A DNA stretch of 32,000 nt from Dubosiella newyorkensis. GTDB taxonomy: Bacteria > Bacillota_I > Bacilli_A > Erysipelotrichales > Erysipelotrichaceae. The translations under genes were made by a program, and so were the position numbers. A model generated the notes under the pieces. That model was not told the origin of the DNA, searched no databases, and worked only from the letters and a program-made list of their open reading frames with translations. Positions 1 through 8,143 of this stretch are shown one piece after another. The stretch is from the NCBI RefSeq assembly GCF_001945605.1, contig NZ_MPKA01000054.1, forward strand, positions 1 through 32,000, in the 5' to 3' direction. Each line of letters starts with the position of its first letter. The stretch's first letter is position 1.

Positions 1-104
1 TTTTTGGAAAAGGAATCTCGGTAAATACAAGATCTTCATTATGAGCAGTGGTATTCGTTTCCATAGGGTAGCCACCTCCTGTGGTTACTCTACTTTAACT
101 TTCA

Positions 105-836
105 TCAGGCTGCTACCCGCTGTTTTAATTCCCGCTTACGGGTTATTAGGTAAGAAGAATTGATGATACGATCCAGGATCGCATCTGCGATCGGGCCTCC
201 ATCTAACAGCTGATGCCATCCGTCAAATGAATACTGGCTGCAGAAAATCGTTGATTTCTTATTGCACCGGATTTCCATCAATTCTAGCAGATCGCTTCGT
301 TCTGTTTCGCTTGTGGATCTTAATAGAAATTCATCCAGGATGACAAAATCGTATTTTCCCAGTTTCTTCAGGTATTCATTATATTTTCCTTGGATCCGCA
401 TTTCTTCGAATTTGGAAAACAGTTCCGGCAGGCGAATGTACAATACCGTTTTTCGATCTCTGCAGGCGTGAACGCCCAATGCGTTTGACAGCCAGGTCTT
501 TCCGCATCCGGAGGCGCCGACAAAGATCACGTTCAATCCTTTTTCGAGATATTTGTTCGTTGCCAGTTCTTCCATTTGAGATCGATCCAATTTTCTTTCC
601 GGATCATAGTTGATGGATTCCATGCTTGCCGAAGAATCATAAAAATGTGCATTTTTTATATATCGCTCGATCGTATGATTGACTCGGCTGTTGTACTCCA
701 TGTCGATCAATTCGGAAAATCTTTCGTCAAAGGATAATTGAGAATAAGCAGGGTCTTCTGTCTGGAGCTCATACTGCTCCGCCATGATCGGTAATTTCAT
801 GTGTTTGAGTTTTTTCATCAGATCTTTTTTATTCAT
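105..836 (-). CDS. istB: IS21 helper ATPase IstB
   Basis: Walker A GASGCGKTWLSNALG and Walker B FVILDEF, with IstB-like length. ATG at 836 follows GGAGGA by 6 nt and overlaps the istA stop (ATGAATAA). The track ORF starts at 851. Confidence 0.9.
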   Translation of the reverse strand: MNKKDLMKKLKHMKLPIMAEQYELQTEDPAYSQLSFDERFSELIDMEYNSRVNHTIERYIKNAHFYDSSASMESINYDPERKLDRSQMEELATNKYLEKGLNVIFVGASGCGKTWLSNALGVHACRDRKTVLYIRLPELFSKFEEMRIQGKYNEYLKKLGKYDFVILDEFLLRSTSETERSDLLELMEIRCNKKSTIFCSQYSFDGWHQLLDGGPIADAILDRIINSSYLITRKRELKQRVAA

Positions 837-2373
837 TGGATTTTCCTCCATAGTAGTCTTTTCCCCTTACAAATGCGTATTCATTCTTTTCTTTTTGTGG
901 ATCGTTCTTTCTCTCTTTCAAATCTTGATTCGATTGAAGTATCATTCTAATATTTCTATATCCAGGCTGGCTGATGTGCTCCAACGCCAATCGACACGCA
1001 TTTTCCAGTCTGGATTTTCCGTATTTATCGTAAAGTTTAAGAATAGACAAGCAGCCTTTATAGGCTTGTTCTTCCTCTTTATACCGATCGAATAATTTTT
1101 GAATGATGATCAATGTGTTTTCTCCCATCGAAGCGCCCCATTTCAGAAACCGCTCCTTATTCCACTGAAATCTTTGATGGTTTTCCGGCATATGGCTTTC
1201 ATTTGTCGAATATTGATTGACCCTGCCATATAAGCGGTCATGTGTGCAGATCTGATTCATTTTATAGTAGATGGTTACTGCACTTTTAGTAAGTTTGATA
1301 TCGACATATTTTCCAACGTATTCATGAGGAACCGAATAGTTCATTTTTTCTACCGAGACATGATAATTCAATTGTACTTTGGCTCTTTTCCATGTGCTCA
1401 TTTCGAAAGGATATTCCGGAAGACGTTTCATGAATGGAAATTCTTCCTCCATATATACACTCTTTCTTGATCCTTCTCGTTTTTGAAAAGGCCTGGTATT
1501 GAATCTTTCCAATTCTTTGAAAATAGCTCGGTTGAGATCATCAAATGAATAGAATTTCCTGTTTCGAAGTTTTCCGACAATGGCTACCGTACAATCACCG
1601 ACAGCGCCTTCCACTGCTGCTTTATCCTTTGGCCTGCGGACCCTGGCAGGAAGGATCGTTGTATCATAATGATCCGCCATCTCCTGGTATGATTTGTTCA
1701 GGATCGGATCCTCATATTTTTTATGAGATATCACTCCAGTCTTTAGATTATCGGGAACCAGAAGGCGTGTCGCACCGTCAAAATAACGATAAGCCTGAAT
1801 ATGGCAGTCGATCCAATCGCCTATTTTCATACTTGGACAGGCCTGTACATAGCTATACATGCTGAAAGGAAGAGTCGCCTCGAACAAGTAGGCCGGAATC
1901 ATTTCGCCAGTGTATTGATCATAAACTGTCATTCGCGTCCCGTTCCAATCCACCATCAGCTTGTCACCAGGTTTATGATTGATATGCATCGTAAGCTTGT
2001 GCTTATTGACATATTCCCGGTACTTTTCGCAGAAGTAACTGTACTGATAAAATGGGATTCCCGCTGTTCGGCTAGCCTGCGCATATTCTTGCCATAACAG
2101 CTTGATCGTTGTGCCTGGTTTCAGAAGTTCCTTATGAACATAATCAAAGTCAGGCTGTTTGATCGATAGATTAATTTTTAAATCTTCCTCAAATAAAAGT
2201 TTTTGAACATCCGGCTCGTTAAGGTCTTTGATCGAAGACCAGCAGATTTTTTTTGAGTTAGCGATATTGAAAATTTTTCTGACCGTATCTCTGGAAATTT
2301 TCAATGATATAGAAATCTGCCGCTGACTATGGTTCTGGGATCGCATCTCCAAAACCTTTTTAACATCTCGCAT
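829..2373 (-). CDS. istA: IS21 transposase IstA (HTH + DDE integrase core)
   Basis: 514-521 aa with an N-terminal HTH (SQRQISISLKISRDTVRKI) and a DDE-type core (KPGDKLMVDWNG...). ATG at 2373 is preceded by AGGAGG at a 7-nt spacing; the track start at 2394 is TTG. Confidence 0.9.
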   Translation of the reverse strand: MRDVKKVLEMRSQNHSQRQISISLKISRDTVRKIFNIANSKKICWSSIKDLNEPDVQKLLFEEDLKINLSIKQPDFDYVHKELLKPGTTIKLLWQEYAQASRTAGIPFYQYSYFCEKYREYVNKHKLTMHINHKPGDKLMVDWNGTRMTVYDQYTGEMIPAYLFEATLPFSMYSYVQACPSMKIGDWIDCHIQAYRYFDGATRLLVPDNLKTGVISHKKYEDPILNKSYQEMADHYDTTILPARVRRPKDKAAVEGAVGDCTVAIVGKLRNRKFYSFDDLNRAIFKELERFNTRPFQKREGSRKSVYMEEEFPFMKRLPEYPFEMSTWKRAKVQLNYHVSVEKMNYSVPHEYVGKYVDIKLTKSAVTIYYKMNQICTHDRLYGRVNQYSTNESHMPENHQRFQWNKERFLKWGASMGENTLIIIQKLFDRYKEEEQAYKGCLSILKLYDKYGKSRLENACRLALEHISQPGYRNIRMILQSNQDLKERKNDPQKEKNEYAFVRGKDYYGGKSNE

Positions 2374-2488
2374 AAAAACACCTCCTGACTGCAAGATTGG
2401 ACAAGTATAAAAATACTTATCACTCTATATCTTATAGTCAAGAGGCGAGAATATATTCGAAAAGTGGTGGGCTTCTCTAGCGGAACGG

Positions 2489-2552
2489 GTGGACTTTGCC
2501 ACCGTATCCAGTGGACTTATTTTAGCGTATTGGGTGGACTTGAAGTTACGTA
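2489..2552 (-). repeat. IS21 subterminal direct repeats (putative IstA binding sites)
   Basis: GTGGACTT at 2489-2496, 2511-2518 and 2534-2541, spaced 22-23 bp. Each copy is followed after 6-7 nt by CGTA. A degenerate copy GTGGTGGGCTT lies at 2464-2474. Confidence 0.7.
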
Positions 2553-2559
2553 ATATTCA

Positions 2560-3083
2560 AATCCAAAAATTCAGGTGTTCCAAATATAATTGCTAAAGTA
2601 TCATGGAAGAATAATGGAATTCGTAAGTTAAAATTAGTTAGAGATTTATGGGTCGAAATTTCAAAAACATCTGCTGAACAAATTTGTAGTATCTATACAG
2701 GGGAACCTATAAATTTTAAGAATTTTGATTTAGATCATTTTATCCCATGGAGTTATATTGGAAACGATGAATTATGGAATTTAGTCCCAACGGAACCGAA
2801 TATCAATTCATCTAAAAGCAATCATTTACCGAGCTGGGATGTGTATATAAAACGGTTTGTAGATATTCAATGGTTTCTTTATTGTTGTGTGTTTTCGAAT
2901 GAAAAGATTCGATTTAAGTTTGATCGTTGTCGTCAAGATAATTTAAATGAGATTTGGGCTACAGAACTGTTGTTTGTTCCTGGACGGACCAAAGAAGAAT
3001 TTAAAAACATTCTTGTTCAAAATATTCGTCCAATCTATAATTCAGCTGAACTGCAAGGTTTTACGATTTGGACGTATAAATAA
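2560..3083 (+). pseudogene. 5'-truncated HNH endonuclease gene, interrupted by the IS21 insertion
   Basis: The frame of track ORF 2841..3083 stays open back to 2544 with no start codon. It encodes ..CSIYTGEPINFKNFDLDHFIPWSYIGNDELWNLVPTEPNINSSKSNHLP.., an HNH / His-Me finger signature (DH..P..N..N). The reading frame runs straight into the IS end. Confidence 0.7.
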
Positions 3084-3097
3084 AAATACAAATTACT

Positions 3098-3139
3098 GTT
3101 GTGGGAGTTGATTTTTTAGGTCAACTCCCACAACTTTTT
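3098..3139 (+). terminator. Rho-independent terminator of the HNH gene
   Basis: Perfect 14-bp stem GTTGTGGGAGTTGA / TCAACTCCCACAAC (3098-3111 and 3121-3134) followed by TTTTT. Confidence 0.8.
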
Positions 3140-3321
3140 AACTGGATATAATTAAACCGTTTTTTATGCAATGCTCCCAATTGATTTTTTTTCTTCCAAT
3201 AGATCTGAATAAAATTGTAACGATTTCTTCTTCAATTAAAACGATTCTTCCTTTTCCGTATTTGGCATGAAAGATTATTTTATTTTTTATAGGCTTTTTT
3301 AACTCGGATCCAGGCTTAGGT

Positions 3322-3600
3322 TTATTCCCTTGATTTTCTTTTTTTTGTATTTGATTTTAACGGTATCTTAGCTGGGTTTTTTTGTATATTTTTTGGGTAA
3401 TATTTGCAATTTTTATATGAGTTTTTACCAAGTTGTGGAATATATAGACCTGTCTTAATACATAGAGCGTTTTCACAAAACTGGCATTGATAACATGATT
3501 CTCGTTCTGTATCTTGTCGAAGGGTATGGATAGAGTAACCATATCCAGTATTTTGGTATCCACCTTTGGTGCGATATTTATTATAATTTTGTCTAGACAT
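3322..3600 (-). CDS. Hypothetical small Cys-rich, K/N/Y-rich protein (about 92 aa)
   Basis: A 94-codon ORF in ~30% GC DNA, where stop codons are frequent. It has a CYQCQFCENALC motif. ATG at 3600 is preferred over TTG at 3606; the RBS is weak. No family recognised. Confidence 0.4.
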   Translation of the reverse strand: MSRQNYNKYRTKGGYQNTGYGYSIHTLRQDTERESCYQCQFCENALCIKTGLYIPQLGKNSYKNCKYYPKNIQKNPAKIPLKSNTKKRKSRE

Positions 3601-3700
3601 AATCAATTTCTCTTTTCTATTAATACCATTATACTAAATTTTATCAAATTCTATTATATAATTTTGCTTTATTAGAATTACAACTCATTAGGTTGAATCG

Positions 3701-3709
3701 TGCTATACT
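3701..3709 (+). promoter_or_regulatory. Candidate extended -10 promoter (TGcTATACT) for the ybaK-like operon
   Basis: TGCTATACT lies 25 nt upstream of the ATG at 3734. No good -35 was seen. Confidence 0.35.
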
Positions 3710-3733
3710 AAAGCACAAAAGGAAGGAAACACT

Positions 3734-4201
3734 ATGAGAGTAGAACAAGTTAAACAACATCTAGCCAAATATCAACTATCCGAGTCGATCATCACTCTCG
3801 ATGAATCGAGCGCATCTGTAGAAGAAGCCGCCAAAGCCCTTCATATCCAGCCAGAACAAGTCGCTAAATCGTTGACCTTCTCATCCGAAGAAGGATGCAT
3901 CATGGTTCTCTTGGCTGGGGATCGAAAAGTTCACAACGGAAAATTCAAACGCACATTCCACACCAAACCCCACATGCTCTCTAGCGACCAAGTTCTTGCA
4001 TACACCAACCATGAAGTAGGTGGCGTCTGCCCATTTGGGGTGAACGATCATGTCTTCGTTTACTTGGACCGCTCATTGCAAAACTATGACTATGTTTATC
4101 CAGCCTGCGGAGAAAGGAACAACGCCATAAAACTCACCCCACAACAACTGTATGAAATCTCGCAAGCCATCGACTGGGTCGATGTAGCCAAAGACCAATA
4201 A
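3734..4201 (+). CDS. YbaK/EbsC/ProX-type aminoacyl-tRNA deacylase domain protein
   Basis: 155 aa with a family-typical layout (..SVEEAAKAL..VAKSL.., GGVCPFG motif). RBS AAGGAAGG is upstream. Confidence 0.8.
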   Translation: MRVEQVKQHLAKYQLSESIITLDESSASVEEAAKALHIQPEQVAKSLTFSSEEGCIMVLLAGDRKVHNGKFKRTFHTKPHMLSSDQVLAYTNHEVGGVCPFGVNDHVFVYLDRSLQNYDYVYPACGERNNAIKLTPQQLYEISQAIDWVDVAKDQ

Positions 4202-4213
4202 GATGGAGCCAGC

Positions 4214-5341
4214 ATGGAAATCAAAACCGAAACGATCGTCAAACAATGTTTAGAAACGATCCAAGAAAAAATCAATGACCTCAATACGCTCAATATCTTA
4301 GTTATTGGAAAATCGGGTGTTGGAAAAAGCACGCTCATCAACACGATGTTTCGAGGCGAACTCGCCAAAACCGGACTAGGAAGACCGATCACTCAAGAAA
4401 TCCGTAAAATCGAAAAGAAAGATGTTCCACTCGTTATTTACGATACGCCTGGCTTCGAACTTTCTTCTTCGCAACAAAAACAAGTCAAAGAAGAAATCAT
4501 CGAACTCCTCGAACAAGGAGCTCGCTCCAAAGACATCAACGACGCCATCCATTGTATTTGGTATTGCATCAACGTAGGCGCCAATCGAACCTTCGACGAA
4601 ACCGAACTCCAATGGTTAAGGACCTTGACTTCGGAAAATCAAAAATTCAAAGTCCCGATCTTCATCGTGCTCACTCAAGCCATACCTAAGAAAAAAGCGC
4701 AAGAAATGAAGCAGCTGATCGAAAAAGAAAACTTAGACATCGTCAAAGTCGTCCCCGTCCTCGCCAAAGATATGGAATTTGACGACGAGTACACCGCCAA
4801 AGCGTATGGACTCGACCATTTAGTCGATCTGATGAGCGAAGCATTGCCCCAAGAATTAGAAAAAGCCTTTCAAAACGTGCAGATCGCCAATCTCGACGCA
4901 AAAAAAAAGAGCGCTAGAAAAGCGATCGCCACAGCCGTGAGCGCCAGCTTCACCGAAGGATTCACACCCATTCCTTTCGCGGATGCTGCTCTGCTCGTTC
5001 CTACGCAAGTTTCTATGATCGCCGCCATCACCATCATCTATGGATTTGAAGCCAACAAACGCTTTTTGACCGCCTTTATGAGCGCCACGATCGGACCCCT
5101 TTTAGCCACAGGACTCGGAAGGACTCTCAGCGCCAACCTGCTCAAACTCATCCCAGGCGCAGGCAGTCTTGGCGGCGGACTCATCTCCGCAACCACCGCC
5201 AGCCTGATCACGACCGCCATGGGAGAAGCCTACATCCGCTTGATGGAAATGATCATCAAAGGCGAGATCCGCAAAGAAGATCTCGAAACCCGCGCCGGAA
5301 AAAAACAAATCACTCAACTATTCAAAAAAAATTTAAAATAA
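4214..5341 (+). CDS. Small GTPase domain fused to a C-terminal DUF697-like membrane-associated domain
   Basis: G1 is GKSGVGKST and G3 is YDTPGF. The C-terminal half has Gly/Ala-rich hydrophobic segments resembling YcjF/DUF697. The gene starts 12 nt after the ybaK-like stop with a GGAG RBS. Confidence 0.8.
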   Translation: MEIKTETIVKQCLETIQEKINDLNTLNILVIGKSGVGKSTLINTMFRGELAKTGLGRPITQEIRKIEKKDVPLVIYDTPGFELSSSQQKQVKEEIIELLEQGARSKDINDAIHCIWYCINVGANRTFDETELQWLRTLTSENQKFKVPIFIVLTQAIPKKKAQEMKQLIEKENLDIVKVVPVLAKDMEFDDEYTAKAYGLDHLVDLMSEALPQELEKAFQNVQIANLDAKKKSARKAIATAVSASFTEGFTPIPFADAALLVPTQVSMIAAITIIYGFEANKRFLTAFMSATIGPLLATGLGRTLSANLLKLIPGAGSLGGGLISATTASLITTAMGEAYIRLMEMIIKGEIRKEDLETRAGKKQITQLFKKNLK

Positions 5342-5344
5342 TGT

Positions 5345-5373
5345 TTGACACACCCCAAGATGTAGGGTATTAT
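5345..5373 (+). promoter_or_regulatory. Sigma-70-type promoter of tRNA unit 1
   Basis: TTGACA (5345-5350), a 17-nt spacer, then TATTAT (5368-5373), about 20 nt before tRNA-Ile. Confidence 0.6.
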
Positions 5374-5392
5374 AAATGAGAATTCAGCAATC

Positions 5393-5469
<77 letters not shown>

Positions 5470-5487
5470 TTTGCTGAATTAATATGT

Positions 5488-5563
5488 GGGGTGTTAGCTC
5501 AGCTGGGAGAGCACCTGTTTTGCACGCAGGGGGTCAGGAGTTCGATCCTCCTACGCTCCACCA
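5488..5563 (+). tRNA. tRNA-Ala (anticodon UGC), encoded CCA
   Basis: Acceptor GGGGTGT/ACGCTCC with a G3:U70 pair, anticodon loop TTTGCAC, and T-arm GGAGTTCGATCCTCC. Confidence 0.95.
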
Positions 5564-5576
5564 TTTTAAAAACAAC

Positions 5577-5611
5577 GAACACTTTCTTGAAGAAAGTGTT
5601 CTTTTTTTTTT
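5577..5611 (+). terminator. Rho-independent terminator of tRNA unit 1
   Basis: 10-bp stem GAACACTTTC/GAAAGTGTTC with a 5-nt loop and a T10 run. Confidence 0.8.
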
Positions 5612-5766
5612 CGCCACATTATGGTATAATTACAATGCAAGTCGACATCCCTTTCTTTGTTAAAATTCGTCGGCTTGCTTTTTATATGGAGCGAGAAAGA
5701 AGAACAATGAAAATTTAGAAAGATATGATAAAATACTTATACTATCAACGTAAAGAAAAGAGAAGA

Positions 5767-5976
5767 TCATTCTCTGCTTTCTTTATAGTCTTGGTTTTGT
5801 TTCTTATGGGCTTCCATATCCGCTTGGATGAGCTGCTTCACATACGGAGAAAATTGACGATTCTCTAACCATTCGATCATTTCTTTTTCCGTGTTTTTGT
5901 TAAACCGGATCCCCTTTAAAATCGTATGTGTTTTGTTGTATTTATTGCTTGCCCTAATTTGTGCAGGACTTGACAT
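5767..5976 (-). CDS. Small ribbon-helix-helix (Arc/CopG-like) DNA-binding protein, putative
   Basis: 69 aa. The N-terminal segment ASNKYNKTHTILKGIRFNKNTEKEMIEWLEN..YVKQLIQADME resembles Arc-type RHH proteins. A strong RBS GGAGG lies 7 nt before the ATG. Confidence 0.55.
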   Translation of the reverse strand: MSSPAQIRASNKYNKTHTILKGIRFNKNTEKEMIEWLENRQFSPYVKQLIQADMEAHKKQNQDYKESRE

Positions 5977-6010
5977 GAGGTACCTCCGCTTTCTCGTTTT
6001 TCTACGTAAT

Positions 6011-6045
6011 ATTATAGCTAAAATTTACACTATCAACAACGATAG
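6011..6045 (-). promoter_or_regulatory. Promoter of the RHH gene with an overlapping palindromic operator
   Basis: On the minus strand: TTGTTG (6034-6039), 17 nt, TATAAT (6011-6016). The palindrome CTATC-AACAAC-GATAG (6030-6045) covers the -35. Confidence 0.45.
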
Positions 6046-6250
6046 AGCTAAAAAAAATGAAAAAAATTTTTTTGGTTGTAAAAAAGCCAACCCTTTCTCT
6101 AATTATAAACAATCAAAATATCCATTTCCAATCTAACCATTTAAAGGATATTTTACAGTCTCTAACAGGTAGGATGGCGCATTCAAAAACAAAACATGAC
6201 CATTACCCGTTTTATTTTGAGAGCAAAAGCTAAAAAAAATATTTTTTTTG

Positions 6251-6279
6251 TTGACTTAAAGGTAGGGATGACGTATTAT
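6251..6279 (+). promoter_or_regulatory. Sigma-70-type promoter of tRNA unit 2
   Basis: TTGACT (6251-6256), 17 nt, TATTAT (6274-6279). The geometry matches unit 1. Confidence 0.6.
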
Positions 6280-6303
6280 AAGTGAGCAATCAGAAAACAA
6301 ATC

Positions 6304-6380
<77 letters not shown>

Positions 6381-6401
6381 TGTATTTGATTGTTTCAATG
6401 T

Positions 6402-6477
6402 GGGGTGTTAGCTCAGCTGGGAGAGCACCTGTTTTGCACGCAGGGGGTCAGGAGTTCGATCCTCCTACGCTCCACCA
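6402..6477 (+). tRNA. tRNA-Ala (UGC), second copy
   Basis: Sequence identical to 5488-5563. The Ile-Ala spacer differs (21 nt versus 18 nt). Confidence 0.95.
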
Positions 6478-6492
6478 TTTTTTAAAATTAAA

Positions 6493-6522
6493 GAACACTT
6501 TCTTAGAAAGTGTTCTTTTTTT
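6493..6522 (+). terminator. Rho-independent terminator of tRNA unit 2
   Basis: Same 10-bp stem GAACACTTTC/GAAAGTGTTC, with a 3-nt loop and a T7 run. Confidence 0.8.
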
Positions 6523-6597
6523 GTTTTCAGTCTTCTCTCTTGTAGAGCGAGTTATCACCGACTAAAATGAACAATGTTCATAACAGGAGGGAAAACA

Positions 6598-7014
6598 ATG
6601 AAACAATATTTAAACTGGTCGATCTTCTATGCGTTTGCAGGATTGGCAGCAGGCGTCTTCTATCGAGAATTTACAAAAATAAATCAATTTACCAACATCA
6701 GCACCCTTGGAAAAGTCCATGGACACCTCTTACTGTTGGGCATGGTGATGTTTTTGATCGTGGCCCTCTTCTCCACAAAATTCGATCTAGAACAAGCCAA
6801 ACACTTTTCCTTGTTCATGATCCTATACAATGGAGGACTCATCCTTAGCGCGATCATGATGATCATCCGAGGCATCCTTCAAGTCAAAGCGATCGCCCTA
6901 TCCGCGATGGCCAACGGCATGATTTCTGGAATTGCAGGACTCGGCCACATGGCCATGGGTATCGGCCTGCTCATTTTCTTGTTCATTCTACGAAAGCTAG
7001 CCAGCGATCAATAA
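6598..7014 (+). CDS. DUF2871-like small integral membrane protein
   Basis: Four hydrophobic segments and a YREFTK motif. ATG at 6598 follows AGGAGGG; the track ORF starts at 6574. Confidence 0.75.
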   Translation: MKQYLNWSIFYAFAGLAAGVFYREFTKINQFTNISTLGKVHGHLLLLGMVMFLIVALFSTKFDLEQAKHFSLFMILYNGGLILSAIMMIIRGILQVKAIALSAMANGMISGIAGLGHMAMGIGLLIFLFILRKLASDQ

Positions 7015-7021
7015 AAAAAGC

Positions 7022-7054
7022 GAACACTTTCTTAATCGAAAGTGTTCACTTTTT
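7022..7054. terminator. Third copy of the GAACACTTTC/GAAAGTGTTC hairpin (bidirectional terminator-like)
   Basis: The same 10-bp stem with a 6-nt loop, followed by ACTTTTT. An A-run lies upstream. The hairpin overlaps the last codons and the stop of the recombinase fragment. Confidence 0.65.
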
Positions 7055-7628
7055 GCGTTTCACCTGTGTTGAACCGAATGAGCGCAGAGTCTTCATAAAG
7101 CGTGATCGAATCGATCAGCAAATCGATCAGACTCCAAGCATATTTTGGATCGGTTCGGACGTTTTCTTGGACCTCTTTTAATCGATCCATCACCATCGAC
7201 TCACTCAAAACGATCGACTCTTTCTTCTCTTGCTCGATCAAAGCTTGTAGTTGGATCTCTTCTTTTTTGAGCTCTAAAGCCCGTGCTAACTCCGACTCTG
7301 AAACGTTTCCATCCTCGATTCGAGCCATCAGCTTTTCTTTTTCGCGCATGCATGTCTGCAAACGCGCTTCGAACGAAGCCAAAGACAAACGGCCTTGTTT
7401 CTCCTTCGCGTATTCTTGGCTGACGATCTTAGCGATCTTCGCTATGTTTTCCAACGTCAAAAATTCGATCGCACACTCTAGGATGATCGGATCCAAAACA
7501 CCCCTACGAATCTTTTTTACACCATCTTGACTAGGACAAACATAATGATCGCCTTCGATCACAGCTCTCGAATGAGAACATCCACAAAAAACTTTGGGCG
7601 CCAACACATAGTTATAGTTGCGATTCAA
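7032..7628 (-). pseudogene. C-terminal fragment of a large serine recombinase (zinc-ribbon remnant + coiled-coil); no catalytic resolvase domain
   Basis: The segment ..VFCGCSHSRAVIEGDHYVCPS..GVKKIRRGVLDPIILECAI.. is followed by a long E/K/L-rich coiled-coil, as in serine integrase C-terminal domains. The ORF opens with TTG, and nothing resolvase-like lies upstream. Confidence 0.65.
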
Positions 7629-7859
7629 CGTAGATCTTCCTCTCTTTTTCTTTATTTCTTGATCCTAATTCCTATAGTACAAAAAACGATCCTGAAAAAG
7701 AAAGACTTCTTTTGATGCATTTTTGAATTATTTTTGATAAATGTTACAAAATCCCCGAAATTATACTTTACTATTGGTGTAATATTCGTTATATTGCTGA
7801 CTCAGAGGTCCAAATTTGCTTGCTGTGCTAGTGAGAAACAAAAAAAAGACGACCTCTAT

Positions 7860-7887
7860 GAAGCGTTCTTCGGGACGCTTCTTTTTT
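7860..7887 (+). terminator. Orphan rho-independent terminator (UUCG tetraloop)
   Basis: Stem GAAGCGTTC/GGACGCTTC (9 bp, one G-U pair), loop TTCG, then TTTTTT. No credible CDS lies upstream on the + strand. Confidence 0.6.
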
Positions 7888-8113
7888 CTATTTTCATTCC
7901 CAAAAAAAGCAAAAGCGACAGAAGATCTGCCACTTTTGTATTTTTTAAGTTTATTTAAGGAGAGAGATTATAGAAGAGATTTTTACGTGTCCCTTAACAC
8001 ACCTATAAGGTACCGCTTTCTTATCGATAAACTATGCCTCTAATTTGGGAAACAATGTGACTTTCGCCCCGAATATGTAAAATTACATGAATTTTTAGGG
8101 AGAAGCAATGCTG

Positions 8114-8122
8114 TGATATAAT
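8114..8122 (+). promoter_or_regulatory. Candidate extended -10 promoter (TGaTATAAT) of the ftsX-like/M23/ftsEX operon
   Basis: TGATATAAT ends 21 nt before the ATG at 8144. The -35 is weak. Confidence 0.4.
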
Positions 8123-8143
8123 GTGACCGATCGGAGGATGAAA

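Larger units (their letters stand above)
1..2559 (-). mobile_element. IS21-family insertion sequence (istA-istB). The istA-side terminus is near 2559. The istB-side terminus is unresolved (within the first ~100 nt or beyond the window edge).
   Basis: Overlapping istA/istB pair typical of IS21. Three spaced subterminal repeats lie between istA and the proposed end. The + strand reads ..ATATTCA at 2553-2559 (TG..CA-type end). Composition then switches abruptly to AT-rich HNH-gene sequence. Confidence 0.8.

Noticed and set aside
1-64. Possible minus-strand gene start (AGGAGG, 8 nt, then ATG at 64-62; METNTTAHNEDLVFTEIPFPK..) running off the left edge just downstream of istB
   Set aside because: Only 21 codons are visible. 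I cannot tell whether it is an IS passenger, a flanking gene or chance. It also bears on where the IS ends, which I could not resolve.
2841-3083. Stand-alone 80-aa ORF
   Set aside because: Its apparent start is an internal GTG (Val) codon of the longer HNH fragment. The HNH motif lies upstream of it in the same open frame.
7102-7530. 142-aa + strand ORF
   Set aside because: It is antisense to the serine-recombinase fragment. The product is Ser-rich and low-complexity, and there is no RBS.
7734-8043. ORFs 7734..7958 and 7816..8043
   Set aside because: Both run across a strong intrinsic terminator (7860-7887). They lack RBS signals, and their products look like K/F-rich noise from A/T runs.
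8075-8088. Palindrome ATGTAAAATTACAT upstream of the ftsX-like operon promoter, considered as a WalR-type site
   Set aside because: Only one hexamer (TGTAAA) fits TGTWAH. The second half-site at the required 5-nt spacing (ATGAAT) does not fit. The element is in AT-rich DNA where such palindromes arise easily.
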